Assembly (NCBI GenBank): GCA_034664845.1
Contig: JAXDGW010000027.1
Location: forward strand, 1,687-65,686
DNA from: Thermoanaerobaculia bacterium
GTDB taxonomy: Bacteria > Acidobacteriota > Thermoanaerobaculia > Gp7-AA8
Direction: 5' to 3'
DNA length: 64,000 nt
Positions 28,301-36,210 of the stretch are shown here, piece by piece (position 1 is the first letter of the stretch; each line of letters opens with the position of its first letter). Under the pieces are notes generated by a model. That model searched no databases. It saw nothing but the letters and a program-made list of their open reading frames with translations, and was not told the origin of the DNA. The translations under genes and the position numbers were made by a program.

Positions 28301-28569
28301 GCGGCCCGATCGGAAAGACCCTTCAACGTGTCGGTCAGAAAGTAGGCGACCGTCTGCGTCTCGTACTCCTGCACGATCTCGCCCCCGCCCTTCTGAACGA
28401 CCTCCGCCGCAGCGCTGGCATTCGGCAGCATCATCAGGTTCTTGCTGATGACCACTTTTGTATGACCCTCGCGTGCGCTGAAGGCAGCGACCGGGCTGGC
28501 CGCGCCGGCAACGATTGCCACGGCGAGCAGTAAAAAGAGATGGCGATTGAAGCATCGTCTAAGAGTCAT
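25327..28569 (-). CDS. secreted subtilisin-like serine peptidase (S8) with propeptide and C-terminal Fn3-like domains, 1080 aa
   Basis: His motif DTSSHGTMIAGIATG, Ser motif GGTSFAAPVAAGAALL, signal peptide, Fn3-like ITFSWSPVSGAPLGYDIRR. Confidence 0.85.
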   Translation of the reverse strand: MTLRRCFNRHLFLLLAVAIVAGAASPVAAFSAREGHTKVVISKNLMMLPNASAAAEVVQKGGGEIVQEYETQTVAYFLTDTLKGLSDRAAELRVEIRPRDDFDKIFLPEGTIDARRGVEGSLPGLQRSAPYKKGEWGAYILQFAGPIKPEWEKQVESLGVKLVQYIPYNAYIVAGTPEVMRTAEKLPFVQLVDMLHVGLKVHPQPGKEGDIRDFIVQLIDAPGVDAFMDSLGARASSKVTTRRASAGQLDLQASFAARDLPDIVASPLVFCVVEAPILQPSDERVALSLTRNVSGGPEARAPANPGSYKAWLDGICPFCTHLQDDHFWVGVADASGLDDGATNGRHNPALPGPKVRFGTNFDSPGADLVDTSSHGTMIAGIATGDTTNATATDYPGGYFYATGVAPSAGVYVTKISRSSSPTGTFAYAHDAASQPAGQDDVRVQNHSYNQYGSSPCYGGTYSVLSQQFDQSVIDADNGLFNSSIDPIVLTVSAGNQIGQIDRLHHTDPCASTRKFTLPPGTAKNVISVGSAEIPRSSLEQWQCHFCGQNSFENIAANSMRGTLTTGWYKPDLFAPAENIVSTRSQAESYPHDDGAQCRPTPSNSSPLVAGSDYVAGGGTSFAAPVAAGAALLARRFYEEAVNPGCHGSSVSPCIPYSSRPSLTKAMLIAGARSMAGGAEKNLLYAPFAEPEYTVESQPIGVFPNNQQGFGRISLEDVLSPYPFRYFVNEPPSSLLTPTAQWTRTLTVHDATLPVKIALVWSDPPAVLSPGQTTTTPLVNDLDLRVDLGTPCGKRFVGNKLVIENTTQGEVSFDYGCNNANLPADVLNNAEIARFFAPAGTTFTVYVTNASGMANSAQTFALVAYNAYDAASTSLPLGTPVISPLDSTSSTRITFSWSPVSGAPLGYDIRRKSGLNGESTYGTPVHVTATSFDSLTDGGALLTPNTAYVYQVRATRPPFASAWSEPDLATTSAYTHADANHHIVAGSVMAATDIVELRAVVNSVRAAASLPQYVPILPSNPNGSLAGAVIHAEDISQLRAALDAARNSLGLAAAVYTDSQLIHSSTTVKAVHINDLRDGVQ

Positions 28570-28651
28570 TCGCAGCTTCCGGAAAGAGATGGATCTGAAT
28601 ATAGGAGTGTCATCAGGAGCTCAAATACCTACCCACTCGCTTCAAAAGAGA

Positions 28652-28900
28652 CTAAAGGGTGACGCTGGGATCGTCGTCATCGCCTAGGTTGAAAAGTTGA
28701 TTTGCTTTGATTGGCTCGCTGGTTAGGCTGCGCACGGCCCGGACAATTCTGGCGATGACGCGTTCACTGGGTACCGCGAGGCCGAAGCGATAGCGGGCGA
28801 ACTGCGAGCGATGCATGGGAATGGCGGTCCAGATTTCAGTGAGGGAGATGCCGCGCTCCTGGATGAACCTTTCGAGGCGGGTGCCGCGGTGCACGATCAT
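28652..28900 (-). CDS. small hypothetical protein, possible HTH (MIVHRGTRLERFIQERGISLTEI…)
   Basis: ORF only; weak HTH-like pattern. Confidence 0.25.
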   Translation of the reverse strand: MIVHRGTRLERFIQERGISLTEIWTAIPMHRSQFARYRFGLAVPSERVIARIVRAVRSLTSEPIKANQLFNLGDDDDPSVTL

Positions 28901-29540
28901 TGCGTCACCTCGCAGTTCGGTATTGAGAGTCCGTTCATATGACGGGTTGTAAGTGAACTGGTGGCAACTGGCGGCGGCACGCAGGGAGAGAGAATTGACT
29001 GGTCCATCACTTCGCGTCGCTCGGCACGGCACAACCAGAGGAGGTCGCGCGCCTCAGGCGTGGGGTCCCGCCGCCAGTTGCCATAAACAAAATGCGTAGT
29101 TACTTTGGCGATTTCGAACATGGAAGCCCGGCTCAGTCCGAAATCTTTTTCATGATGCAGTTCACCTGTTCGAAGGCAGCGAGGATCTGAGGCCCGAGCC
29201 ATGATTTGTCGTATGCAGCGCCGCCCTCTTCCTCACAGATTTGCATCGCCTCATCGATTGCGACCATGGCATCCGCCAGACGATCGTTCACGCGTTCGAG
29301 CAACGGAAGGTTCGCGAATTCCCCAAACGCGCCGGCGGCTAGCTGCGGCCAGCGTTTCGAAACGAGCGATCTGGAGTAAGGAAGCGGCATCGGGATTTCT
29401 CTCCGTCTTTTTAGCGGAACCTGTGACGCGCGTCTACGCACATTTCGTAACCCACTGGGTAGAACGCACAGAGCGGCCAAGTTGTTTTTGCCGGCGGGGG
29501 GTAGGGAAGTTTCGACTTCCATCACTCCTCAGACAAAGAG

Positions 29541-30110
29541 ATGACTTCCCTTGCCTCAGATCGTTTGGCGGACGCCGGCAGCGTGGCCGTCGAAGCGCTG
29601 GCCAATAGCGTTGACTGCGACGCCGCAGCGCTTCGCTTTGACGCCTTGTACGCCGCGTATAGGCCCCTGCTCCGAAAGATTGCGATCCGAAAGTTTGGCG
29701 TCGCGGTTTCCGATGCCGAGGACCTGGTGCAAGACGTCTTCGCTACGTACCTTGCAAATCCCTCGAACGTCCGGGAGCTGCATCCTTATCTCATCGGGGC
29801 CATCTGCAACGCCTCCCGGCAATTCCGGCGGCGAAACGAATCCTCCCCGTTTTGTCCCAGCAGTGCGTGCGGCGCCACACCGGATGACGAGCTGGTCGAC
29901 GGCGTCGTACGGAATGTGGTGATTGCAGCCACGCTCTCTCGCCTCGGCGCGCGCTGCCGTGAGACGCTGGAGCGTTTCTATCTGAACGGGGAAACGGCCG
30001 TCTCCATCGCCGAAAGCCGCGACACCTCGGCGGGATATATGTGGCGTCTTCTCAACTACTGCCGCAATCGCGCGCAAGCGATTTACCGGCAGATGAGCGC
30101 AGGCTCATGA
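29541..30110 (+). CDS. ECF-type RNA polymerase sigma-70 family factor, 189 aa
   Basis: Region 2 (…DAEDLVQDVFATYL…) and region 4 HTH (…ETAVSIAESRDTSAGYMWRLLNYCRNRAQ). Confidence 0.8.
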   Translation: MTSLASDRLADAGSVAVEALANSVDCDAAALRFDALYAAYRPLLRKIAIRKFGVAVSDAEDLVQDVFATYLANPSNVRELHPYLIGAICNASRQFRRRNESSPFCPSSACGATPDDELVDGVVRNVVIAATLSRLGARCRETLERFYLNGETAVSIAESRDTSAGYMWRLLNYCRNRAQAIYRQMSAGS

Positions 30111-31471
30111 CCGTGAAGCACGTCGCCGAAACGGTCTTGGGGTTATATGCACTGGAGCCGGCACTGGTGCCGAGCCGTGCCGATATTGAAGCCCACCTCG
30201 CAGCCTGTGACGACTGTCGCTCGGCGCTTGCCACCATCAGGACGTTCGACGCCGCGCTCGCTGAGGTGGACGCATGGCCTGCGAATTCGACCGACGCGGA
30301 TCATTCGGCATCGGTCGAGCAATTGCGCGCGTTCGCAGCTCGTTCCGCCGAGGAAGATCGTGAGGCGCTGCGACTTCTGGCTGAATATGAGGAGACGGAT
30401 GCCGCGCCCCGGTTTGTGTGGGCCGACATCCCGAGCAAGGCGGAGTACCGGACCGGCGGCGTGGCACGTCTGCTCTGCAAGCGGGCGAACGGAATGTGTA
30501 CGCGCAAACCGCTTTATGCGCTCGCTCTCGCCGAGGCTGCTGTGCGGATCAGTGCGAACCTCCCCGATGCGAGTTATCCGCGGGCGACCATCCACGAGCT
30601 CCGAGGCGAGGCGTGGAAGGAGCAGGCGAATGCGCTGGTCAGTCTGGGGCGATTTGATGAAGCGCTCGACGCCCTTGCGCACGCGGAAGCCGAATACCGC
30701 CAGCTTCCGCATGAGGGCCTCGGCTTGGTCGCCGTCACGTTTGTCCGCGCGACCATCCTGTACGAACAGGAGCATTTGGAGTCCGCGGATCAGCTTGCGC
30801 GCGACTCCGCAGACGCAGCGCTGCATCTGGGGTCAACTGACCGCTGCATGCGAGCTCTGCACCTCCAAGGGCAGATCCGGCATCGACGCGGCGACCTACT
30901 GGGCGCAGTCCACCTCTTCGAAAGAGTCTTGCACTACGGAGAGGGGATCGATGACCACCGATGGATTGCGCTTGAAACGCGTGCCCTCGGCGTTTGTAAC
31001 ATCGAATTGATGAATGCTGCGGAGGCGAGCAGCTATCTCTCCACATCCCTCCGACTGTGTACCGGATTGGATTCTGCTGTGGAAGTGACGCTCACACAGT
31101 GGGCGATCGCTCGTCTCACGTTCTTGCAAGGCAATCCGGAGGACGCAATTCGCCGACTCCGCAGCGTCGTCGGAGAGCTGACTCGCCAAGGCATGCTGAC
31201 TGATGGGGCCATCGCGTCGGTCCATCTCGCCGAAATCCTGCACGCAGTCGATCGGACACGTGAGATCCCCAAACTACTTGCTGGAGTGGTGCAGACCTTC
31301 GTTGCTGCAGGGATGCTGAACGGCGCCCTCTCCGCCCTCGCCTACCTGAAAGAGGCGGCGACGGCAGGCCCGATTACACCGGCGATGTTCTCGTACGTTC
31401 GGCAGTTCATTGCGCGCGCCGAGCGCCAGCCTGCTCTTCTTTTCGCGCCACCACCGAAATCGCCAGTGTAA
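30107..31471 (+). CDS. anti-sigma factor candidate: N-terminal zinc-finger (HLAACDDC) plus TPR-like repeat domain, ~454 aa
   Basis: ATGA overlap with the sigma gene. HxxxCxxC ZAS-like motif; helical-repeat-rich remainder. Confidence 0.55.
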   Translation: MTVKHVAETVLGLYALEPALVPSRADIEAHLAACDDCRSALATIRTFDAALAEVDAWPANSTDADHSASVEQLRAFAARSAEEDREALRLLAEYEETDAAPRFVWADIPSKAEYRTGGVARLLCKRANGMCTRKPLYALALAEAAVRISANLPDASYPRATIHELRGEAWKEQANALVSLGRFDEALDALAHAEAEYRQLPHEGLGLVAVTFVRATILYEQEHLESADQLARDSADAALHLGSTDRCMRALHLQGQIRHRRGDLLGAVHLFERVLHYGEGIDDHRWIALETRALGVCNIELMNAAEASSYLSTSLRLCTGLDSAVEVTLTQWAIARLTFLQGNPEDAIRRLRSVVGELTRQGMLTDGAIASVHLAEILHAVDRTREIPKLLAGVVQTFVAAGMLNGALSALAYLKEAATAGPITPAMFSYVRQFIARAERQPALLFAPPPKSPV

Positions 31472-31898
31472 GGATTCACTCCTCCCCGACACTCCACCGA
31501 ATTCGAGGGTGCCCTCCCATGACTCGCCGGCAATGCCGGTCAGAAGGAGGGCTGTATGCAGAGCGTTTCTCGAAGGTTCGGCCGCATGGCGGCAGTACTC
31601 GTAGTGTCTTCGCTCCTCGTTACGCAGGGCGCGTTCGCCTCCGCGCGGCAGGAGGATCGCGGCGGCTGGTTCGCGCGGGCGAAGCAGATTGTCGTCAGGA
31701 TCCTCTCGGAAATCGGTACACCCAAAGGTTAGGAACGATTCGGATACCGCTGGAGGCGGGAGGCATTTGCGCCACGCCTCCAGCAAGGTTACGAAATGAG
31801 GGTGGGACTCTTCCCGGCCCGCGACACTCCTTAATGAGACGCGGCGTTGCCTGGAGGAACGACACTGATCGCATGTTGGCCGCCACGTCTGCTGCCGG

Positions 31899-32303
31899 AT
31901 GCGGAAGCCCACTTCAAGGAAGCGAGTCGCAAGTTCACGTGACGCCGACCGGCGGCGTTTCGAGCGAGCGGCGGAACTGTACCTTCATGCCTGCTACGGC
32001 ACGAAGACGGCAGCGCGGGCCGATGAGTTTGCAACCTATCTCCGCCTGACACGGCCGTACTTAAGCCGCCTCGTTCCGGATCTGATCGGGATGCCGCTCC
32101 GCGATTATCTTCGCGGACAACAGCTCGCGTACGCACAGCACCTGCTCCGAACGATGCCGCTCACAGTCACAGTCGATCAGATCGCGCTCGCCAGCGCCTT
32201 CGGAACGCCGTGGACGTTTTACCGTTGTTTCAAAGACGCGTTCGGAACGACGCCCGCGAAGTTCCGACGAAGCGCCGTGCCGAGGATGCAGAGGACGACG
32301 TAG
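31899..32303 (+). CDS. AraC-family HTH domain protein (HTH-only, N-terminal ligand domain absent), 134 aa
   Basis: AraC HTH_18-like C-terminal pattern (…LRTMPLTVTVDQIALASAFGTPWTFYRCFKDAFGTTPAKFRR). Its 3' end runs into the right direct repeat. Confidence 0.5.
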   Translation: MRKPTSRKRVASSRDADRRRFERAAELYLHACYGTKTAARADEFATYLRLTRPYLSRLVPDLIGMPLRDYLRGQQLAYAQHLLRTMPLTVTVDQIALASAFGTPWTFYRCFKDAFGTTPAKFRRSAVPRMQRTT

Positions 32304-32328
32304 ACGTACTTCATTAGGGCATGGTAGC
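32262..32328. repeat. right copy of the ~66-bp direct repeat; encodes a truncated duplicate of the first 22 codons of gene 21557-21895 on the minus strand
   Basis: Direct sequence match; no ATG precedes the copied codons. Confidence 0.85.
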
Positions 32329-32367
32329 GCGGAGGCCCGGCGAGGCGGCAGGTACAATCCTCCCCGG

Positions 32368-33168
32368 ATGACGCTCCTCCTCGGCTTCTACGCTTTCGCG
32401 ATCGGTGCCATCGTCGGCAGTTTTCTCAACGTCGTCATTCACCGCTATCCACGCGAGGAGTCGATCGTTTTTCCGGGCAGCCATTGCCCGCAGTGCAACG
32501 CTGCCATTCGCTGGTACGACAACATCCCCGTCCTCAGCTTCCTGATCCTGCGCGGACGCTGCCGCGCGTGCGGTGCTCGCATCGCCTGGCGCTATCCGCT
32601 CGTCGAGCTGGCCAACGCTCTTTTCTATCTCGCGACATTCCTTCGCACCGGGCCTACCGTCGCCTTCGTCATCATCGCAGCGATCATCTCGATGACCATC
32701 ACGCTGATCTACATCGATGCCGACATCCAACTGCTTCCTGACGTGATCGACATTCCCGGCATCGCCCTCGGACTCGCCGCCGGCGCTCTTGGCCTCGGCA
32801 TCCTCCACCCCAACCTCGTCCTCGCGGATTCGTTGCTCGACTCACTCTTCGGCGCGCTCCTCGGCGCCGCGATTCCGCTCGTCATCATCGGCACCTACTG
32901 GCTCGTTCGCCGCGCCGAGGGGATGGGGATGGGAGACGTGAAAATGCTGGCGATGATCGGCGCCGTCACCGGATGGCGCGCTGTGCCTGGCGTGCTGCTG
33001 GGCGCGTCGGTCACCGGCGCGCTGATCGTGCTTCCCGCCGCGTTGCGCAGCAGTCACGGCATGCGCCTGATGCTGCCGTTTGGCGTCTTCCTCGGCATCG
33101 CGTTTTTGGGCGTTCTCTTTTTCGGCCCTACACTTGCGGGATGGTACGTTTCGCTCGCGTTCCGCTGA
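32368..33168 (+). CDS. pilD: prepilin peptidase / N-methyltransferase (A24 family), 266 aa
   Basis: N-terminal CxxC…CxxC zinc motif (CPQCNAAI…CRACGARI) and polytopic membrane C-domain with a catalytic Asp region. Confidence 0.9.
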   Translation: MTLLLGFYAFAIGAIVGSFLNVVIHRYPREESIVFPGSHCPQCNAAIRWYDNIPVLSFLILRGRCRACGARIAWRYPLVELANALFYLATFLRTGPTVAFVIIAAIISMTITLIYIDADIQLLPDVIDIPGIALGLAAGALGLGILHPNLVLADSLLDSLFGALLGAAIPLVIIGTYWLVRRAEGMGMGDVKMLAMIGAVTGWRAVPGVLLGASVTGALIVLPAALRSSHGMRLMLPFGVFLGIAFLGVLFFGPTLAGWYVSLAFR

Positions 33169-34859
33169 CCCGCGTCGGGTTTCGCCGGGACGTGAACCTT
33201 TTTCTCACCGGCCTGGTTGGCTTCCTGGTCGTCCTGATCTTCACCCTGCTCCTCCTGCTCAACACCAACCTGGCACACACGGCGGAGGCGATCGACCGCT
33301 CGCATCAGATGATCGCGGATGTCTCTGCCGAGGCGGTGAACCGAAGTCCACCGTCAGCGCTCGGCACGGAGATGCTGGTGCTTCGCGGACGCTTCAACAT
33401 CGCCGGGATCGGCATCAAGGCTCGGGACGGACGCACGTTCGAGTCGGGACTGCGCGCCGGTGAGATACACGATGGGGATTTCGATGTCGTCACCAGACTC
33501 GCCGGCCCGGGTACGCTCACCCTTCGTTTCGACGCCTCGGCGCGCCGAGCCGCGCACCGCGACTTCGTCATCACTGCCGCGATCTGCATCGCTGCGGCGA
33601 GTCTCGGCATCGCGCTGCTGCTTTTCTATCTTCCGCGCCTCACAGGCCCGATCGAACAGATGCTCGACGACGCACGGCAACTCGGCGCTCCGGGCGACCA
33701 GGAGGAGACCGCCTATCTCATCGATACGTTCCGAAGCTCGATCGCGACGCTGAAGAGCCAGGAGGACGAGCTCAAACGGATGCACGACCGCGAGAAGAGC
33801 CGCGCGGACGAGTTGGAGGTCGTGACAGGAGCCCTCACGCGCAGTCTCACTTCGGGGCTGATCGTCATCGACTCCACCGGCGCAGTCGCCGACATCAACG
33901 CCTCGGGCCGCGAGATTCTCGGCCTCGACGCCGCGGCATCCGTGGCCGGCCTCGATCTGCGGCAGGGGATTCCACTGCCCGCCTTCGCAAACAAACTGCA
34001 CGACGCATTCGCGAAGCGCGCGGCCATGAGCCGGATGGAGATCAACGATGCGCAGCCGCTCACCGGCGAGCCGGTCGTCATCGGCCTCACCACGGTTCCG
34101 CTCCGCAACAAGGCCGATGCCTTCCTCGGATTTCTGGCGCTCTTCACCGACCTCTCGCCGATCCGCAGCCTCGAGTCACGCGTCCAGGAGATGACGACTC
34201 TGGCGCAGCTCGGCGAGATCTCGGCCGGCATCGCTCACGAGTTTCGCAGCTCGCTCTCGACGATCCTCGGCTACATGAAACTGGCGCGCAAGGGAGGCGT
34301 GGACGACATCGCAGAGTTGCGCTTGAAGAGTGCGGAGAAAGAAGCCTCGCTCCTCCTGCAGGCCATCGAGCGCCTTCTCGCCTTTGCCGGGCCGGTGCAG
34401 CTCAACGCGGAGACGGTCGATCTTCGTGCGCTGCTTTCCGAGCAGATCGCACAAATGACCGACATCGACTCCGAGATCGCAGTGACGCTCGACGGCCCCG
34501 CGATCACCATCGAGGGTGACCGCATCCTCCTCGGACGCGCGCTCGAAAACCTCCTGCACAACGCCGCGGACGCCGTTCGCCAGAATGGTGGCGGCTCGAT
34601 CGCCGTCACGCTGCGCGACCGGCCGCACATGTCGGTCACGATCGCGGACGACGGCGTCGGTTTCGATCCCGCCGACGGGCCTCGCTTTCTGCTCCCCTTC
34701 CAGTCGAACAAGCCCAACGGCTTCGGAATGGGTCTTCCGCTGGCAAAAAAAATTGTACTTGTGCACGGGGGAACGATCCGCCTGGACAGCCGGGAGGGGC
34801 AGGGCGCGGTCGTCACCGTGGAGTTTGGCGCGTCAGGCTTCCCACTTCCAACCGGCTGA
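33141..34859 (+). CDS. sensor histidine kinase (PilS-like position): TM / PAS-like / HisKA / HATPase, ~572 aa
   Basis: H-box IAHEFRSSLSTILGY, G2 box GFGMGLPLAKKIV. Start chosen at MVRFARV. Confidence 0.75.
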   Translation: MVRFARVPLTRVGFRRDVNLFLTGLVGFLVVLIFTLLLLLNTNLAHTAEAIDRSHQMIADVSAEAVNRSPPSALGTEMLVLRGRFNIAGIGIKARDGRTFESGLRAGEIHDGDFDVVTRLAGPGTLTLRFDASARRAAHRDFVITAAICIAAASLGIALLLFYLPRLTGPIEQMLDDARQLGAPGDQEETAYLIDTFRSSIATLKSQEDELKRMHDREKSRADELEVVTGALTRSLTSGLIVIDSTGAVADINASGREILGLDAAASVAGLDLRQGIPLPAFANKLHDAFAKRAAMSRMEINDAQPLTGEPVVIGLTTVPLRNKADAFLGFLALFTDLSPIRSLESRVQEMTTLAQLGEISAGIAHEFRSSLSTILGYMKLARKGGVDDIAELRLKSAEKEASLLLQAIERLLAFAGPVQLNAETVDLRALLSEQIAQMTDIDSEIAVTLDGPAITIEGDRILLGRALENLLHNAADAVRQNGGGSIAVTLRDRPHMSVTIADDGVGFDPADGPRFLLPFQSNKPNGFGMGLPLAKKIVLVHGGTIRLDSREGQGAVVTVEFGASGFPLPTG

Positions 34860-35004
34860 GCGTTCACACTGCTACCTTTTGTGGCAGTCAGCCCCCGACT
34901 CGGACTTCGTCGGATCGGCAGGCGTTGGCGTAAACTATTCCTGTTCAACCATTTGACCGCGACGCCGGTGTGTGGCACCCGCGTCGCACAAGGGAGCGTT
35001 CCTC

Positions 35005-35580
35005 ATGAGAAAGCAAGCGCGTCGATTGGAGGCCGGGTACAGCCTCACGGAACTGCTGACCGTGGTCGCCATCATCGCAGTCATGTCCCTGATCACCGTC
35101 CCGTCGTTCATCAGCTACAACAATTCCAACAAGATCAAAGTGGCCATGCGAGCATTCAGCGCGGACCTTCGAACCGCGCGCGCGACGGCGATCTCTCAGG
35201 GGCGTGAAGTGAAGTTGACCTTCAAGACCGGCGCGAACCTTCGAAACTACAGTTTGTACCTTGGCGACCGCGCCTTTGGAACGGTACCGACGGCAAACTG
35301 GACGCCCCTCACAGGCGCCGGCTCGAGCTCTGCGCGGGCCTTCAAGACTCTCGATCCGGTTATCTATTTTCCTGATGATGGGACGTCGACACCGCAGACG
35401 TTTACCGATCTCGACCCCACGCCCGATGGCTGGCTCGACGTCATATTTTTCCCCGACGGGCACGCGCAGCTACCAACCGGCGCGACTTCGGGAACCATCA
35501 CCATCAAGACCGACATGAGAGTACCGAAGGTGTCGTACGCGATCACCATCAGCCCCAGCGGCCGGGTGCTGGCGCAGTAA
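35005..35580 (+). CDS. type IV minor pilin / pseudopilin, FimT/GspH-like, ~191 aa
   Basis: Class III signal: …EAG|YSLTELLTVVAIIAVMS with Glu+5. Confidence 0.7.
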   Translation: MRKQARRLEAGYSLTELLTVVAIIAVMSLITVPSFISYNNSNKIKVAMRAFSADLRTARATAISQGREVKLTFKTGANLRNYSLYLGDRAFGTVPTANWTPLTGAGSSSARAFKTLDPVIYFPDDGTSTPQTFTDLDPTPDGWLDVIFFPDGHAQLPTGATSGTITIKTDMRVPKVSYAITISPSGRVLAQ

Positions 35581-35596
35581 CCCGAGGACGAGACCA

Positions 35597-36196
35597 ATGA
35601 AGAGACGAGAACGAAACGGCTACAGCTTGATCGAAGTACTGGTCGCAATCGCCATCACCAGCATCGTTCTATTGACCGTCATCACACTGTTTTATATGGG
35701 CCGGCGCAACATTTACAGCGGCAAACAGCAGACGGCAGCAGTGGCAGTGGGTACGCAGATCCTCGAGGACTTCTCGACAATGACCGCTCAGGATCTTGGA
35801 ACCAATTTCAGTATGACGGACGCCACCACACCTGGCACAGTCACACTACAGAATGTCGCCGAGGCTGGGGGCGGGTCATTGTCATTTGACAACAGCATCG
35901 GACGTGATTCGAGCGGTTGCACGATTGCCGCGACAACTCCGTACGCGATCTCCTGCTCAAACGATCCCAATGGATACATGGCCAAGTGGCTGCGGGCGGT
36001 GGCTCCGCAAGCGAATCAGGACAGCGTCCTTACCAACCCGCTGATCGGGGTCGTATTCACGCCCCGCAGCCCAACCGACGCCGCCAAGAAATTTACAACT
36101 GCCCAGTTCATCAGGGCCCGCATTTATGTCTCGTGGCTGGAAGGCGCTAAAAGGCGCCGTTATGCATTCTTCGACACTACCAAAGTGAACCGATAG
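35597..36196 (+). CDS. type IV minor pilin PilV-like, 199 aa
   Basis: RNG|YSLIEVLVAIAITSIV prepilin N-terminus. Confidence 0.65.
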   Translation: MKRRERNGYSLIEVLVAIAITSIVLLTVITLFYMGRRNIYSGKQQTAAVAVGTQILEDFSTMTAQDLGTNFSMTDATTPGTVTLQNVAEAGGGSLSFDNSIGRDSSGCTIAATTPYAISCSNDPNGYMAKWLRAVAPQANQDSVLTNPLIGVVFTPRSPTDAAKKFTTAQFIRARIYVSWLEGAKRRRYAFFDTTKVNR

Positions 36197-36210
36197 CTCA
36201 GGAGCAGGTC

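Noticed and set aside
28897-29525. ORFs 28897-29202 and 29133-29525 (101 and 130 aa) as genes
   Set aside because: They overlap each other and the small 28652-28900 ORF in different frames, with no domain signal. Coding status could not be decided from sequence alone.
21900-32260. Prophage or integrative element
   Set aside because: No integrase, recombinase, transposase, capsid or terminase-like ORF was found inside the repeat-bounded segment. It is reported only as a repeat-flanked insertion or rearrangement, not as a mobile element.
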